In this document: one piece after another, positions 11,089 through 23,915 of the stretch | Layout: each line of letters starts with the position of its first letter | Position numbering within the stretch: position 1 is the first letter of the stretch | Assembly: GCA_001179505.1 (NCBI GenBank) | Contig: CDMY01000288.1 | Span: 69,195-133,194 of the forward strand | Reading direction: 5' to 3' | DNA from: Vitrella brassicaformis CCMP3155 | Taxonomy: Eukaryota; Protista; Chromerida | Length of the DNA: 64,000 nucleotides | The notes under the pieces: model-generated | Told to the model about the DNA's origin: nothing | What the model saw: only the letters and a program-made list of their open reading frames with translations | Databases searched by the model: none | Made by a program: the position numbers and the translations under genes

Positions 11089-11773
11089 CGTCCATCAGCA
11101 GGTGTGGCTCCAGCCGCTTGACGCAGGCGGCCAGACACGCATCTGCTACCTGTGTGTCAGCAGCCCGCCAAGTGACACACACATTCCATGAGTCCTTAGT
11201 CTCTGTCTGTAATTGCCTGTCAGATAGATAGACGAACACCACGACAACGGCACTAGCGAGACGTATGTCCACGACCGACAGAGAGTCATACGACAGACCA
11301 ACAGTGAAGACAGACAAAAGAGTAAAGAGCCGCCGGTTGATAGGAGGGCGACATAGCAGAGGAAGGCACTGACGGCCACTGAGGAGACGGACGGAAAGAC
11401 ACGACATGTTGCAGAAAGGCAGCCTGACTAATACAGAGTACCCGTCCGCACGCTCTTCGCGTCCCCATCGCCACAATCAATGAATGACATCTCTTCTGCA
11501 TGTACGACAGCTACAACGACAGGCACTTCATAGCTGAATGACCCGAATCCGTCTTCTTACCACAGTAGCGATAGCTTGTCCGGCAGTGTCACAGGCCATT
11601 GGAAGGGGTGCCGAGGGCGCCAGTCGTTATCTGTCGGTCTGCACTGCACTACACAGTGTCACGTGAAGCAGTAATGTCCTTCTGAAAAAGTCATGGAAGG
11701 CAGACACTTTCCACCATATTTCCACCTATCTGCCAGCTTGAGTCCATCAGTGCCCAAGCTCACCTTCCGCCCC
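11089..11773 (+). repeat. Triplicated segment, copy 1 (truncated by gap)
   Basis: Near-identical to 12074-12754 (offset about 985) and to 14222 onward. Confidence 0.9.
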
Positions 11774-12073
11774 NNNNNNNNNNNNNNNNNNNNNNNNNNN
11801 NNNNNNNNNNNNNNNNNNNNNNNNNNNNNNNNNNNNNNNNNNNNNNNNNNNNNNNNNNNNNNNNNNNNNNNNNNNNNNNNNNNNNNNNNNNNNNNNNNNN
11901 NNNNNNNNNNNNNNNNNNNNNNNNNNNNNNNNNNNNNNNNNNNNNNNNNNNNNNNNNNNNNNNNNNNNNNNNNNNNNNNNNNNNNNNNNNNNNNNNNNNN
12001 NNNNNNNNNNNNNNNNNNNNNNNNNNNNNNNNNNNNNNNNNNNNNNNNNNNNNNNNNNNNNNNNNNNNNNNNN

Positions 12074-13309
12074 CGTCCATCAGCAGGTGTGGCTCCAGCC
12101 GCTTGACGCAGGCGGCCAGACACGCATCTGCTACCTGTGTGTCAGAAGCCCGCAAGTGACACACATTTCATGAGTCCTTAGTCTCTGTCTGTCATTGCCT
12201 GTCAGATAGATAGACGAACACCACGACAACGGCACTAGCAAGACATATATTCACGACCGACAGAGAGTCATACGACAGACCAACAGTGAAGACAGACAAA
12301 AGAGTAAAGAGCCGCCAGTTGATAGGAGGGCGACATAGCAGAGGAAGGCACTGACGGCCACTGAGGAGACGGACGGAAAGACACGACATGTTGCAGAAAG
12401 GCAGCCTGACTAATACAGAGTACCCGTCCGCACGCTCTTCGCGTCCCCATCGCCACAATCAATGAATGACATCTCTTCTGCATGTACGACAGCTACAACG
12501 ACAGGCACTTCATAGCTGAATGACCCGAATCCGTCTTCTTACCACAGTAGCGATAGCTTGTCCGGCAGTGTCACAGGCCATTGGAAGGGGTGCCGAGGGC
12601 GCCAGTCGTTATCTGTCGGTCTGCACTGCACTACACAGTGTCACGTGAAGCAGTAATGTCCTTCTGAAAAAGTCATGGAAGGCAGACACTTTCCACCATA
12701 TTTCCACCTATCTGCCAGCTTGAGTCCATCAGTGCCCAAGCTCACCTTCCGCCCCGCCACATTCCGCTGGTACATGAATGCGTGCAGACACGCAGCATAT
12801 GGTCATCAGCCTGGTCTGCACACACAGTCACACACGCACACCGCATCCCACACCATCACATGATGATACAGCCGGTGGTCTCTCAATTCACATGGTATCC
12901 ACATCCGAATGCGTACCAGTGTCATCCCCCGCTGTGCCTCTTGGAGTTCTACGACGCTCTGATTGGCCCGCAGCACCTCCGCCACCGTCCAATTGCCACC
13001 GACGTGAACGTGCCGTCCGTCCCTTCGCTCTGTCATCTTGGACCTCATTCTGCATTCACACACACATCACCGAATGTTCCATCCTGGCGGCATGCTCATC
13101 CGTCCGGCGCTCACCTTCGCACCGTCCTGCGCCAGGATATGAATGCGTGCAGACACGCACCGTCATCTTGAGCCTTCACCAGAGCTTCGCCCGGAAAGTT
13201 TCGCCCACCCTCACGAGCTTTTCATTGCGACGCTCCCAACTTTCACCTTCCGACCTCACCCGCCTCGCAGCCTGACCGAGTGGGTGCACTCACACAAGCT
13301 TGTCTTGTG
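12074..13309 (+). repeat. Triplicated segment, copy 2
   Basis: The same ORF-track peptides recur (MWRWGREERADGYSVLVRLPF, MEGRHFPPYFHLSA, MRADTQHMVISLV). Ends at acaagcttgtcttgtg. Confidence 0.9.
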
Positions 13310-13334
13310 CCGTTGCGCTATGAGTTAATGTATG

Positions 13335-13790
13335 TTAGTCAGTCTTCCATGAATCCTGGTTGAGTGGCTTGAAAGGCATAGCGTCGTCCTCAAAAATCAT
13401 GGCCACATCAACGTTGTCCTGCATAGAACGATCAGCTGCACATATGCTGCTAGTAAGAATGCCAAGCCCTCGCTTTCGGGATCGAAATGTCGTTATCCTC
13501 ACGATGTCGAGTTCAGGGTATGCAGTGGCCCATTCTTTCCGAAAGCGAGAGTAACGCGCCGGTTCTCCCTCAGCTTCAGGCAATGTCATAACGTACGCAC
13601 GACGTCTACTGTATGGCATAGATTCATGATCCTCGGAGAATCCACAGTCATTTTTGAAACCAGCCGGAGAGCGAATTATTTGCTTCTGCCAGGATTGCCA
13701 GCTTGGCAAGACGAACCACTGCGAGCTTGTGAGCTAGGGTATATTTCTGTGTAACGGGTGGAGAGAGAAGAAGACAAGGAAAGACAAGGA
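13335..13790 (-). pseudogene. Truncated intronless glycosyltransferase family 25 (GT25)-like fragment
   Basis: RRAYVMTLPEAEGEPARYSRF...RGLGILTSSICAADRSMQDNVDVAMIFEDDAMPF matches the GT25 layout (YVxxL...R, G.l.S, aliphatic-EDDA). It stops 13 aa after EDDA. An upstream hydrophobic MLSLSFLVFFSL is separated by an in-frame TAG. GC is about 45-50% by rough hand count. Confidence 0.6.
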
Positions 13791-14221
13791 AAGCATTCTG
13801 AGGAGACACGATCTTATCAGCCATCACCGAAGTGAGATCTGTGTTGACCACCCTTCATGATGCCATACATGGACAGAAACAACTTTGACTGACTGGTCAG
13901 TCCATCGGTCTTACTAAAGTANNNNNNNNNNNNNNNNNNNNNNNNNNNNNNNNNNNNNNNNNNNNNNNNNNNNNNNNNNNNNNNNNNNNNNNNNNNNNNN
14001 NNNNNNNNNNNNNNNNNNNNNNNNNNNNNNNNNNNNNNNNNNNNNNNNNNNNNNNNNNNNNNNNNNNNNNNNNNNNNNNNNNNNNNNNNNNNNNNNNNNN
14101 NNNNNNNNNNNNNNNNNNNNNNNNNNNNNNNNNNNNNNNNNNNNNNNNNNNNNNNNNNNNNNNNNNNNNNNNNNNNNNNNNNNNNNNNNNNNNNNNNNNN
14201 NNNNNNNNNNNNNNNNNNNNN

Positions 14222-15393
14222 GTCAGCAGCCCGCCAAGTGACACACACATTCCATGAGTCCTTAGTCTCTGTCTGTAATTGCCTGTCAGATAGATAGACG
14301 AACACCACGACAACGGCACTAGCGAGACGTATGTCCACGACCGACAGAGAGTCATACAACAGACCAACAGTGAAGACAGACAAAAGAGTAAAGAGCCGCC
14401 GGTTGATAGGAGGGCGACATGGGACAGGAGAGCACTGACGGCCACTGAGGAGACGGACGGAAAGACACGACATGTTGCAGAAAGGCAGCCTGACTAATAC
14501 AGAGTACCCGTCCGCACGCTCTTCGCGTCCCCATCGCCACAATCAATGAATGACATCTCTTCTGCATGTACGACAGCTACAACGACAGGCACTTCATAGC
14601 TGAACGACCCGAATCCGTCTCCTTACCACGGTAGCGATAGCTTGGTCGGCAGTGTCACAGGCCATTGGAAGGGGTGCCGAGGGCGCCAGTCGTTATCTGT
14701 CGGTCTGCACTGCACCGCACAGTGTCAAGTGAAGCAGTACTGTCCTTCTGAAAAAGTCATGGAAGGCAGACACTTTCCACCTTATTTCCACCTATCTGCC
14801 GGCTTGAGTCCATCAGTGCCCAAGATCACCTTCCGCCCCGCCGCATTCCGCTGGTACATGAATGCGTGCAGACACGCAGCATATGGTTATCAGCCTGGTC
14901 TGCACACACAGTCACACACGCACACCGCATCCCACACCATCACATGATGATACAGCCGGTGGTCTCTCAATTCACATAGTATCCACATCCGAATGCGTAC
15001 CAGTATCATCCCCCGCTGTGCCTCTTGGAGCTCTACGACGCTCTGATTGGCCCGCAGCACCTCCGCCACCGACCAATTGCCACCGACGTGAACGTGCCGT
15101 CCGTCCCTTCGCTCTGTCATCTTGGACCTCATTTGGCATTCACACACACATCACCGAATGTTCCATCCTGGCGGCATGCTCATCCGTCCGGCGCTCACCT
15201 TCGCACCGTCCTGCGCCAGGATGTGAATGCGTGCAGACACGCACCGTCATCTTGAGCCTTCACCAGAGCTTCGCCCGGAAAGTTTCGCCCACCCTCACGA
15301 GCTTTTCATTGCGACGCTCCCAACTTTCACCTTCCGACCTCACCCCCCTCGCAGCCTGACCGAGTGGGTGCACTCACACAAGCTTGTCTTGTG
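14222..15393 (+). repeat. Triplicated segment, copy 3
   Basis: Aligns to copy 2 at an offset of about 2084 and ends about 63 nt before the Ku70 ATG. Confidence 0.9.
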
Positions 15394-15456
15394 TCCTAAA
15401 GTACGCTAACTCAGAGACCAACCATCGGCCATCCATTCTTCAGTCGAGAGTATAGG

Positions 15457-18400
15457 ATGAGTGAGTTTGAGGGCGGCGGCTTCGAGCAGGGCGAGGAATC
15501 CTCGGGCGACTTTGACTACGGCGAGTCGGGCGCCTTCGAGGGCGGCACCGACCTGGCGGGCGGCAGCGACGCCAAGGAGTGGCACAGGAGCCGCGAGGCG
15601 GTGCTGTTCGCCGTCGACTGCAGCGAGGCCATGTTTGACAAGAAGGACACGCCGGTGGAGGTCAGCGAGGGGCCCATCAAGACGCTGCGCAACGAAAAGA
15701 GAACCGTCTTCGAAGTGAGGCGGCTGGGCAGACAGATCTGATCTCACACACAGAGGGGGCAGACACACGAGCAGCGGGCCACTTGGTGTGGTGTGGTGTG
15801 TGATGCATCAGGACGTGTTGAAGACGGTGTGTGAGTTCATGAAGACGCGCATCATCCGCGGCAGCCGCGACAAGGTGGGCGTCATGCTGTACAACATCGG
15901 AGCCAAATGCGTGTTAGAACTGGGCGACGGCTTCAACGGTACGCACACCACCACCACCAGCACCCAAACCACCACCACCACCACACTCTCTCTCTCTGTG
16001 CTGGCAACTTCAGGCATTCACGTGTTGAAGGCCGACGGCCAGGCTGGCGAGCTGCAGGTGCCCGACGCCGAGCGCGTGGCGGCCATCGAGAAGGTGGGCG
16101 ACTGGACGCTCGACAAGATCCACAGCGAGTTCAAGGAGTGCGACCCGAAGGCCAAGCTGGGCGAGGTGTTCTGGCTGGCCAGCACCCTGTTCAGCCGCAC
16201 CGACATCAAGAAGACCCACAACTGCCGCCTGCTCGTCTTCACCACCGAGGACGACCCCGTGGGGCGGCACAAGGCGGCATTCGATTTTGCAGTCCAACGG
16301 TGGGCGAGAGGGGGGGAGGGAGGGAGGGAGGGGGCTGTGTGTGCACTCGTGTGGTTTGTGTGCGTGCAGTGCCCAGGACTTGCAGGCAGAGGCCGACCTG
16401 GAACTCTTCCCCATGCAGCCAGATGGTACACACACACACACACACACATCCACACACATGTGTGCAGCCAGACATCCACCGCCCTTCTCACACTGACCAC
16501 CCGTGTGTATGCGCCCTTCTGTGTGTGTGTGTGTGTCAGGCCGCGAGCCGTTCAACTTTGACACGTTTTGGAGCGACGTGCTGCAGGTGGGCGAGGAGGA
16601 CCACCCCGAGCTCACCGCAGCCCTCAAGCTTGGCGACCTCAAACAGCGCATCTGGTCAGCCAGTCGGCAGACCGACACACTTACACACACATGGCCCAGC
16701 CATTGTGTGTGTGGTGTGTGTTGTGCAGGAGTCGTGAGTTCAAGCAGCGGACGTTGAACAGCCTGACGTTCGAGATCGCAGAAGGCGTAGAAGTAGCGGG
16801 TCGGCACACACCACACCAACACACGCAACACACACATGCTCTTTGTGTCTGTCATGATCTCTGTCTGTGTGGTCATGTGTGTGTCAGTGTGCATGTTCAC
16901 TGAGGTGCTCCCCCAGCGGCCGCCGACGGCCATCAAGATCTGCACCGACGACAACACAGAACTCAAACCCAAAAGAGTCATGTGCGGCCNNNNNNNNNNN
17001 NNNNNNNNNNNNNNNNNNNNNNNNNNNNNNNNNNNNNNNNNNNNNNNNNNNNNNNNNNNNNNNNNNNNNNNNNNNNNNNNNNNNNNNNNNNNNNNNNNNN
17101 NNNNNNNNNNNNNNNNNNNNNNNNNNNNNNNNNNNNNNNNNNNNNNNNNNNNNNNNNNNNNNNNNNNNNNNNNNNNNNNNNNNNNNNNNNNNNNNNNNNN
17201 NNNNNNNNNNNNNNNNNNNNNNNNNNNNNNNNNNNNNNNNNNNNNNNNNNNNNNNNNNNNNNNNNNNNNNNNNNNNNNNNNNNNNNNNNTCACACACACA
17301 CAACACAACGACGCCTGCACCCATTTGTGTGCTCTGTGTGTGTGTGTGTGTGCAGTACCGACCTATCTGGTGCGTCTGTGCTGCCTGAGAGCGTTGAGAC
17401 CTACTTCGAGTACGGCGGAGAGCAGGTCAAGATCAGCAAACAGGAAATAGCTCAAATCAAGGTCACTAAGTCACTCAACGACACACACACACACACACAC
17501 AAGGCCAAGATGGTTGACGGATGCGCCTCACTCTCTCGGTGTGTGTGTGTGTGTGTGCAGAAGTTCGACGAGCCCGGTATGAAGCTGCTGGGGTTCAAGC
17601 CCAAGTCGTCTATCAAACTCGACCACATCGTCGAAAACAGCAAATTCATGTAATCCATCCCCCCAACCCCCCTCCCCCAACACAGACGCCCCATCCGTCC
17701 ATGTGTCGTGTGTCGTGTGTGTTGTCAGCTACCCGAACGAGAATCGCGTCAAGGGTTCCCGCGTCTTCTTCTCGGCGCTGCTCCGCAAGATGATCGAGAG
17801 GGACGTCGTGGCCATCGTCCGCCTCATCCCTCGCGCTAATGCCACACCGTACTTCGCCGCACTGGTGCCTCAGGTGAGCTCCTCCCCCCTCCGCTCTCCC
17901 CACCCACAGCCCCCGCCCCCATCTGTGTGTTTGTGTGTGTCCTTCCACTCATCAGCGAGAGTCCAAGAAGCTGGTCAAGCACATCGAGCCGAGTGGCTTC
18001 CACCTGATCGGTCTGCCGTGGGCCGAGGACATCCGCCATCTGCAGCTCGGCACCCACCACGTGGCCGTGATGGACTCGCAAGACGCCACCGAGGCCGACC
18101 AGGCCGACCCACACGCCATCATCAAGGACCACGACGAGTGGCGCGAGCAGGTCAAGAACGCCAAAAAAATGATCAGAGGTGCCCTGGGAGGCAGGGAGGC
18201 AGGGAGGGGACACGTGTGTGTGTGTGTGTGTGTGTGTTGGTGCAGGTATGAAGATTGACGATTTCCATCCGCAGCAGATTCCCAACCCGATGCTGCAGCG
18301 ACACTACCAGGCCATAGAGGTACCTACACACACACACACGCCTATACGTCACCTCCAATGCCAATTTCTGTGTGTAATGCATGTCTATGTGTGTGTCATC

Positions 18401-19034
18401 AGAGTCTGGCGTTGGGTGACGAGTTGCCCAGCAGCATGTCCCAGGAGGTGCTGCCGCCCCCCCTCACAATGATGCAGGGCAGCCTCCCCGAGGACGCCAT
18501 CAAATTCAGACAGAGGTACACACAACACGCCCATCCCTCCACCCACTCCCCCACCCCTCCATGTGTTGTGTTATGCAGTGTGTATGGCGACGAGTTGGTG
18601 CCCAAGCCGGCTGCCGGCAAGAAGCGGCCTGCCGGGGGCGGCGGCGGGGGCGGTGCCAAGAAGCCCAAGATCGACCCGGACTCACTCACCAAAGACAAGA
18701 TGAAGGTCAGCTGCACCCTGGCTATTCGGATGTGGGCGGCCATGTGTATGTCTGTCTGTCTGTCTGTCTGTGTGTGTGTGTCTGTGTGTGTGTGGTGTGT
18801 GTTTCTCCGTCAACACCCAGGAGATGATAGCCGACGACAGCATTCAGACGCTCACCAACGACAACCTCAAGGCCTTCCTCCGCGAGAACAATCTGCCGGT
18901 CCGTCCGCACACAAAGCCGACGCAGCCAACCCATCGCCACAATGCATCACACGTGGCTGTCCTGTTGTCCACTGCCTCAGGTGAGCGGCACCAAGGCGGT
19001 GCTGGTGCAGCGCGTCAAGGACCTGCTCAAGTAG
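15457..19034 (+). CDS. KU70: Ku70 (NHEJ DNA end-binding subunit); multi-exon, one internal gap
   Basis: vWA-like start EAVLFAVDCSEAMF, DKVGVMLYN, LLVFTTEDDP; beta-barrel MKLLGFKP, YPNENRVKGS..FFSALL, PYFAALVPQ, GFHLIGLPWAEDIR, IPNPMLQRHYQAIE; C-terminal SAP domain LTNDNLKAFLRENNLPVSGTKAVLVQRVKDLL*. Confidence 0.95.
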
Positions 19035-19604
19035 ATGGGGGAGGGCGTTGGGGGGAGGGATGTGCGTGTAGGTGTAGCTGTAGACTATTGCAGACCTCCA
19101 CGACAGCCGCTTGCCGAAACACACAGGCAGCCGGGCAGAGAGGGGTGGGGGAACAGTGGGTGGACGGATGGGTAGCCTCCATGCACTGAAATGATGTGAT
19201 GCATGCGCATGTGGGTGTGGGTGTGCGTGTGGATGAGACGTAGCCCCTCCACCACCACTTTGGTGGCAAGTTCCGCCTGATAAATGAAATGATTGCGTGT
19301 GCAGTGACGCCACGGATGCGCCAGTGGGCACTGCAGCTCAACATTGAAGGCTCAATGCACACACAGGGTCTGGGCGGGCCACTACTCGCATAGAGAAGTG
19401 ACACACAGACATCCGTCCGCCCATTGGTCCAGGCATGCGTCAAGAGAGTGTCTACAGACATGCAGAGGGCCGGCCATGCGGCAGCTACGTCTACGGTGCT
19501 GTCAGACAGACAAACATCCGGACCACACACACACAGGCAGACACACAACGCGCGTGCCATGGACAAAGTTACAGTCAGCACAGTGTCGGTCTCTCTCACC
19601 CGTC

Positions 19605-22600
19605 TCATCGGCCACTGAGCTTTGCCTGCACCACTATGTCTCCATTATCATCCGTTGTGCTAATTGAGAAGTCGCCGATTCTCGTATTTGGGAGCAGCTG
19701 CCGAATGGCGTCGTGAAGGCCGCCATGCATCAGCAGCAGCACCCCTACGCGCCTCAGGCCGCGGACACCGGCGGTGAGCAAAGTTGACAGGCCGCTGCGG
19801 ATGAGCTCGGCAGCAGCAAGGGGCTCCAACTCATCGGACACTGACGATGGCGGCACACAGACACAAACACATGATGAGCCGACGAGCACCTCGATTCACT
19901 CGCTGCAGGCATTCGCGGCATACCTTCTAAGTACATGCGTATCTCTCGAATAGATGGCAGACGACTCGACCCCCAGCCGTCAAAGGCACCGCCCTGCGTG
20001 AGACTGACTGCCCTGACCTCACCCAACTCCACACCTACCCTGACAGTGTGCAGCCCTCCCCCCTCCCCCAGTCCTTCCAGCACACCGCGTCTGTCCTCTG
20101 CACTCACACCTCTGCCAAATTCCACCCGCAACACCTCTCTGGGCATCTTCTCTGCCAGCAGCCGGCCCGCAGCTGCTGCGACCAGTCCGCTGTGGACACG
20201 CAGCTCTCTTGCCCGCGGGAACGGCGGGAGGTGGTTGATGATGGTCGGGATGGGTGGGGTGGTGCCGGGAGGGGGAACGAAGCCATCGGCATTGTGAACC
20301 GATACCCACTCCACCTTGGCGAATGTGAGGCTCTGTGCTATCTCGATGGCCGCCTCGCTGGGGCTGTTGAGGGGGTGGGTGATGTCATGCTCGCTCAGAA
20401 AGTTCCAATACACCTCGTCTGCCTGCCGTGCCGCCTCCTGGATGGCCGTCTTGATGAAGGGCGAGGGGCGAGGGGGGAACTCGACGGCGTAGAAGAGGGC
20501 CAGCTCGAAGGCCGTATCGCAAACAACGGTCACGGTGAGCGGGACGTCCGGCGAGGTGCAGCATGTGTTGATGAAGCCGTCAACAGCCAGCAGAGCAGAG
20601 AGGCTGTCATCGAAGTCGAATGGGCAGACCTCCACGTCGAGCCGTCTCAGCGACTTGCGGCAGCCACGCGATGTGAGCACATCCTTGAAAGAAACAAAGA
20701 GAGAAGACCACCAGTGGATGATGCCTCGCCTGTGTAATAACTGCCTACCTGCAGTCGTCTGACTCCCCACTCGTCCCCGCGGAACCATTCGATCCCTCCG
20801 ATGCGCTCCAGGTGTCTGAGCGGCCCTGGCTGCCCAGCGGGTGTGATGGGGAAGTGCTCAAACACACCCGCCCACTCGTCCCAGGTCCGCCGACGCCCCC
20901 CCACCTCTTTCAGCGATGACGACGAGCTGATGAATTGGCCCAGCTCATCGGCATCCCACCCGTCCTGATCCACATACTCGAGTGCGGGCATGCACCAGCC
21001 TTTGTGGGCAAGGACACTGTGGTGTCGGACGGCTCCTGTGACGGTCCTGAGGGAATGAAGGGTGGGGCTGAGGGCATGGAGGGTGGGGGGCGGGGCGGGG
21101 GGAGGAAGGCGAGAGGGGGGGCTGGGTCTGGTGGAGTTGAGCAATTGGCTGTCGGCGGTGGTGAAGTGGATGGTCTCCAGGCTGCCCTTCGGCATGTGCT
21201 GCTGGCCCTTCTTCTCGCACACCTCGCGCCGCCCGGCCGCATGGCCCTCGACGACGCTCATCATGGTGTCCAGACACCACAACCGGTCGCCGCGTGGCTG
21301 CACGAGGGTGATGGCCGTCAGGTTGACGAGCCGTTTGCCGAGCTGGAAGGCCTGCTCAGGCGTCATGCTCTCCCAGAAGTAACGGTCGTCCTCGTCGCTG
21401 CAGTCGATAGTGATGTGTGTCTGCTGGTGAAGGGCTGCCGTGTGGATGGGGGAGAGGCTGCTCTGTGTGGCACCAAAGGATGATTGCTGCCCGAAGGCCG
21501 CACCGCCAAACATGCCGCCCCGAGCTGAGAATGACGGTCCACTGAATGAATTCGACGCCACCACAGCTGATCGTTCCACACACACAGACATGCAGCAGGA
21601 GATGGGCCCATCCATCCATCCATCTATCCATCCATCCATCCATGTGTGTGTTGCTCCGTGACGTCACACACTCACCAGTGCCGCCAGAGATGATGCTACC
21701 GCTGAACGGGCCGAATATGCCGCCCGTCCCCGTGGCAGCCCCGCCCTGGCCAGACAGACTCCCTCTGCCAGTGCCGCTGAACGTGCCCCCCGACGCTGCC
21801 GCCCCGCCACCAAGCAGGTCGCCACCTCCTTTCCCTGTGGATGCCTTGCCGAGCTCGAATGGGCCGCTGGTGGGTGTGGTTGTCGACTGTGCTGCAGATG
21901 GTGGCAATTTGGATGGTGCTTTGGCAGGCGCGAAGATGCTGCCGCCAAAGAGGTCTCCTGGGGCTATGATGGTGTTGGTGAGGCCGGCAGCCGAGGCGGG
22001 TGAAGGGGCGGCACTGATGCGCTTGGCGCGGGACCTTGGTTTGACGGCAGGTGTGGCTGCGCCAACTGTGAAGAGCAACGACGAGGGACCACCGCCAGAT
22101 GACGCAGCTGCAGCTGCACTCGACAGGCCCCCTTGTCCCGTCGATGTGCCGATCAGAGATTGTCCGCCAAACAGAGAGAGTAGCGATGCCGCACCCGGCG
22201 GCGCCCCGTCGGCCGTGTCCTCTTTGGCCGCAGCTGTGGTCTGGCCCTTGAGGGGTCCGAAGGCGGCGCCCGCAAAGAGCGGACCGGCAGTGGTCGACGG
22301 CAGGGCCGAAGACGATGCCATGAGGGAGTCGGCGCTGCGAGGGGGTGGGAAGATGGCCGACAGCTCGCGAGGGGTCATGAAGCTACAGAGCGACGCCAGA
22401 AGGTCCTCGCCAAAACCAGCAGGAGCCTGAAGCAGAGAAGCGACAAAGGGAGACGAGAGGCTCCATGAGAGTGGAGGACATCGGTCGTGTGCTGTGTGTG
22501 GCTGTGTGTACCTTCTTGCTAACATTCCACACCTGCACACACATCACACAACACACCAAAGCACCAAGCATCACAGAGTGCTGTCCGGGAGCTTTTGTTG

Positions 22601-23025
22601 AGGTGTGTTTGCCTACCACGGGTGGCTGTGGGTTCGTGTGTGTGTCTGGATTGGTCTGGTGCGGCACCACCACTTTGAACTCCTCCCCCCATCCGCCGAC
22701 CTCCCTCATGTAAAGCGCCGTCCCCTCGTGCAGAGTGCCCGCCTTCTCGTAGACCACGTGTGGGTCGATGTGATGTATGCTGGCCGTGACCCACACGTAG
22801 TCATTGGTCGGAGCCCTCTTGGTGCTCGACAGCAACACAACACGGGTGCCCTCCTGGTTACGACTACACGCAGAGGACGGCATCGCCTGACGAATGAAAC
22901 AAACAAACCACAAAGAAATGACCAAACAAATGAACGAATCATTTGCGCCTCACGGTTGTGTGTGCCTTGCTCACTTCTGCTTGAGGCCGAACAGACGAAG
23001 ATGATGCTGCTGCCGCCGCTGCCAT
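19605..23025 (-). CDS. Tudor/Agenet-like plus F-box-like protein, paralogue A (F-box interrupted by an FG-rich insert)
   Basis: Exons: MAAAAAASSSSVRPQAE / AMPSSACSRNQEGTRVVLL...YVWVTASI / APAGFGEDLLASLCSFMTPRELSA + insert / ...HQQTHITID...TPEQAFQLGKRL / ...RGCRKSLRRLDV / ...VQAKLSGR*. Collinear with paralogue B. Confidence 0.75.
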
Positions 23026-23282
23026 GGGGCCACTCTCAAACGCGGCTGACGAGAAGAGGACAGTGGTAGGCATCACTCTCAGCATCTCTCTCGTCATTCG
23101 TGTGCGGCTTACCGGCGAGATCTGCCGAGCAGAATCCGATGAGCGATGGCCTCTGTGTCAGCCGAGGCTTACTATCGAGGAGGCCGACTCAATGAAGGCT
23201 AATTCGCTGTACAACGCATCCTATTCATCGAAGGGCGAGCTTATTCGCCAGCTCGCGATCTGCCAGGCGTCGTTTTCTATTC

Positions 23283-23915
23283 ATGACCAAGCCGATTCAT
23301 CACTGCAAATCGGACCACATCGACGTCAGCGACGACAATGGAGAAGAACCAAGCAGCCACAGACAGCCGACAGTCACGAGATTTGATGCCGCAAAGAGTT
23401 GACGTTACGGTGGGCGGCAGAAAAGGACAAGTCCCTCATCCAGCCGTCGGCAACTTGAAGTGGCTGCTGCTGCTACCCCTCCCCCCGCCCCGCCACGAGT
23501 CGAGGGAATCGAAGATCTGCCGCGGGTAATGACGGGCGAGGCGGTGAGTGGCCTGGCGACGAGCCGATGGAGAGAGACTGACAGGGCGGCCTGGCCCAGC
23601 GGATCTGACGAGGAATGGCGGGGTCCTGTCAGATACCACCGGTCAGGGAGAGAGGGAGGGAGGGACAAGCAAATGGATGACGGCACAGAGGGGTGGCTTC
23701 CTTTGTTGCATTCAGGACTCAGCCGCGTTATGGCCTGACGGTGAGCGTCATCGGGCCGCCAGACACCGGTGCGCGGGACGTCCACATCAACCTGGACCAA
23801 CAGCACCTCACCGTCAAAAGCAAAGGGCAGACAGACAGGCACCCACCCGACACAACCACATATCCACAGAAATATCCACGACGACGAGGAGAGCGAGGAG
23901 ACGAGAACGCCCACT
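23283..23915 (+). pseudogene. Cdc37-N-motif plus NudC-type CS-domain gene, copy 1 (frameshifted, 3'-truncated)
   Basis: IHHCKSDHIDVSDDNGEE, then RYHRS|, GLTVSVIGPPDTGARDVHINLDQQHLTV in inconsistent frames. Homologous to 27297-28142 and 58010-59040. Confidence 0.6.
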
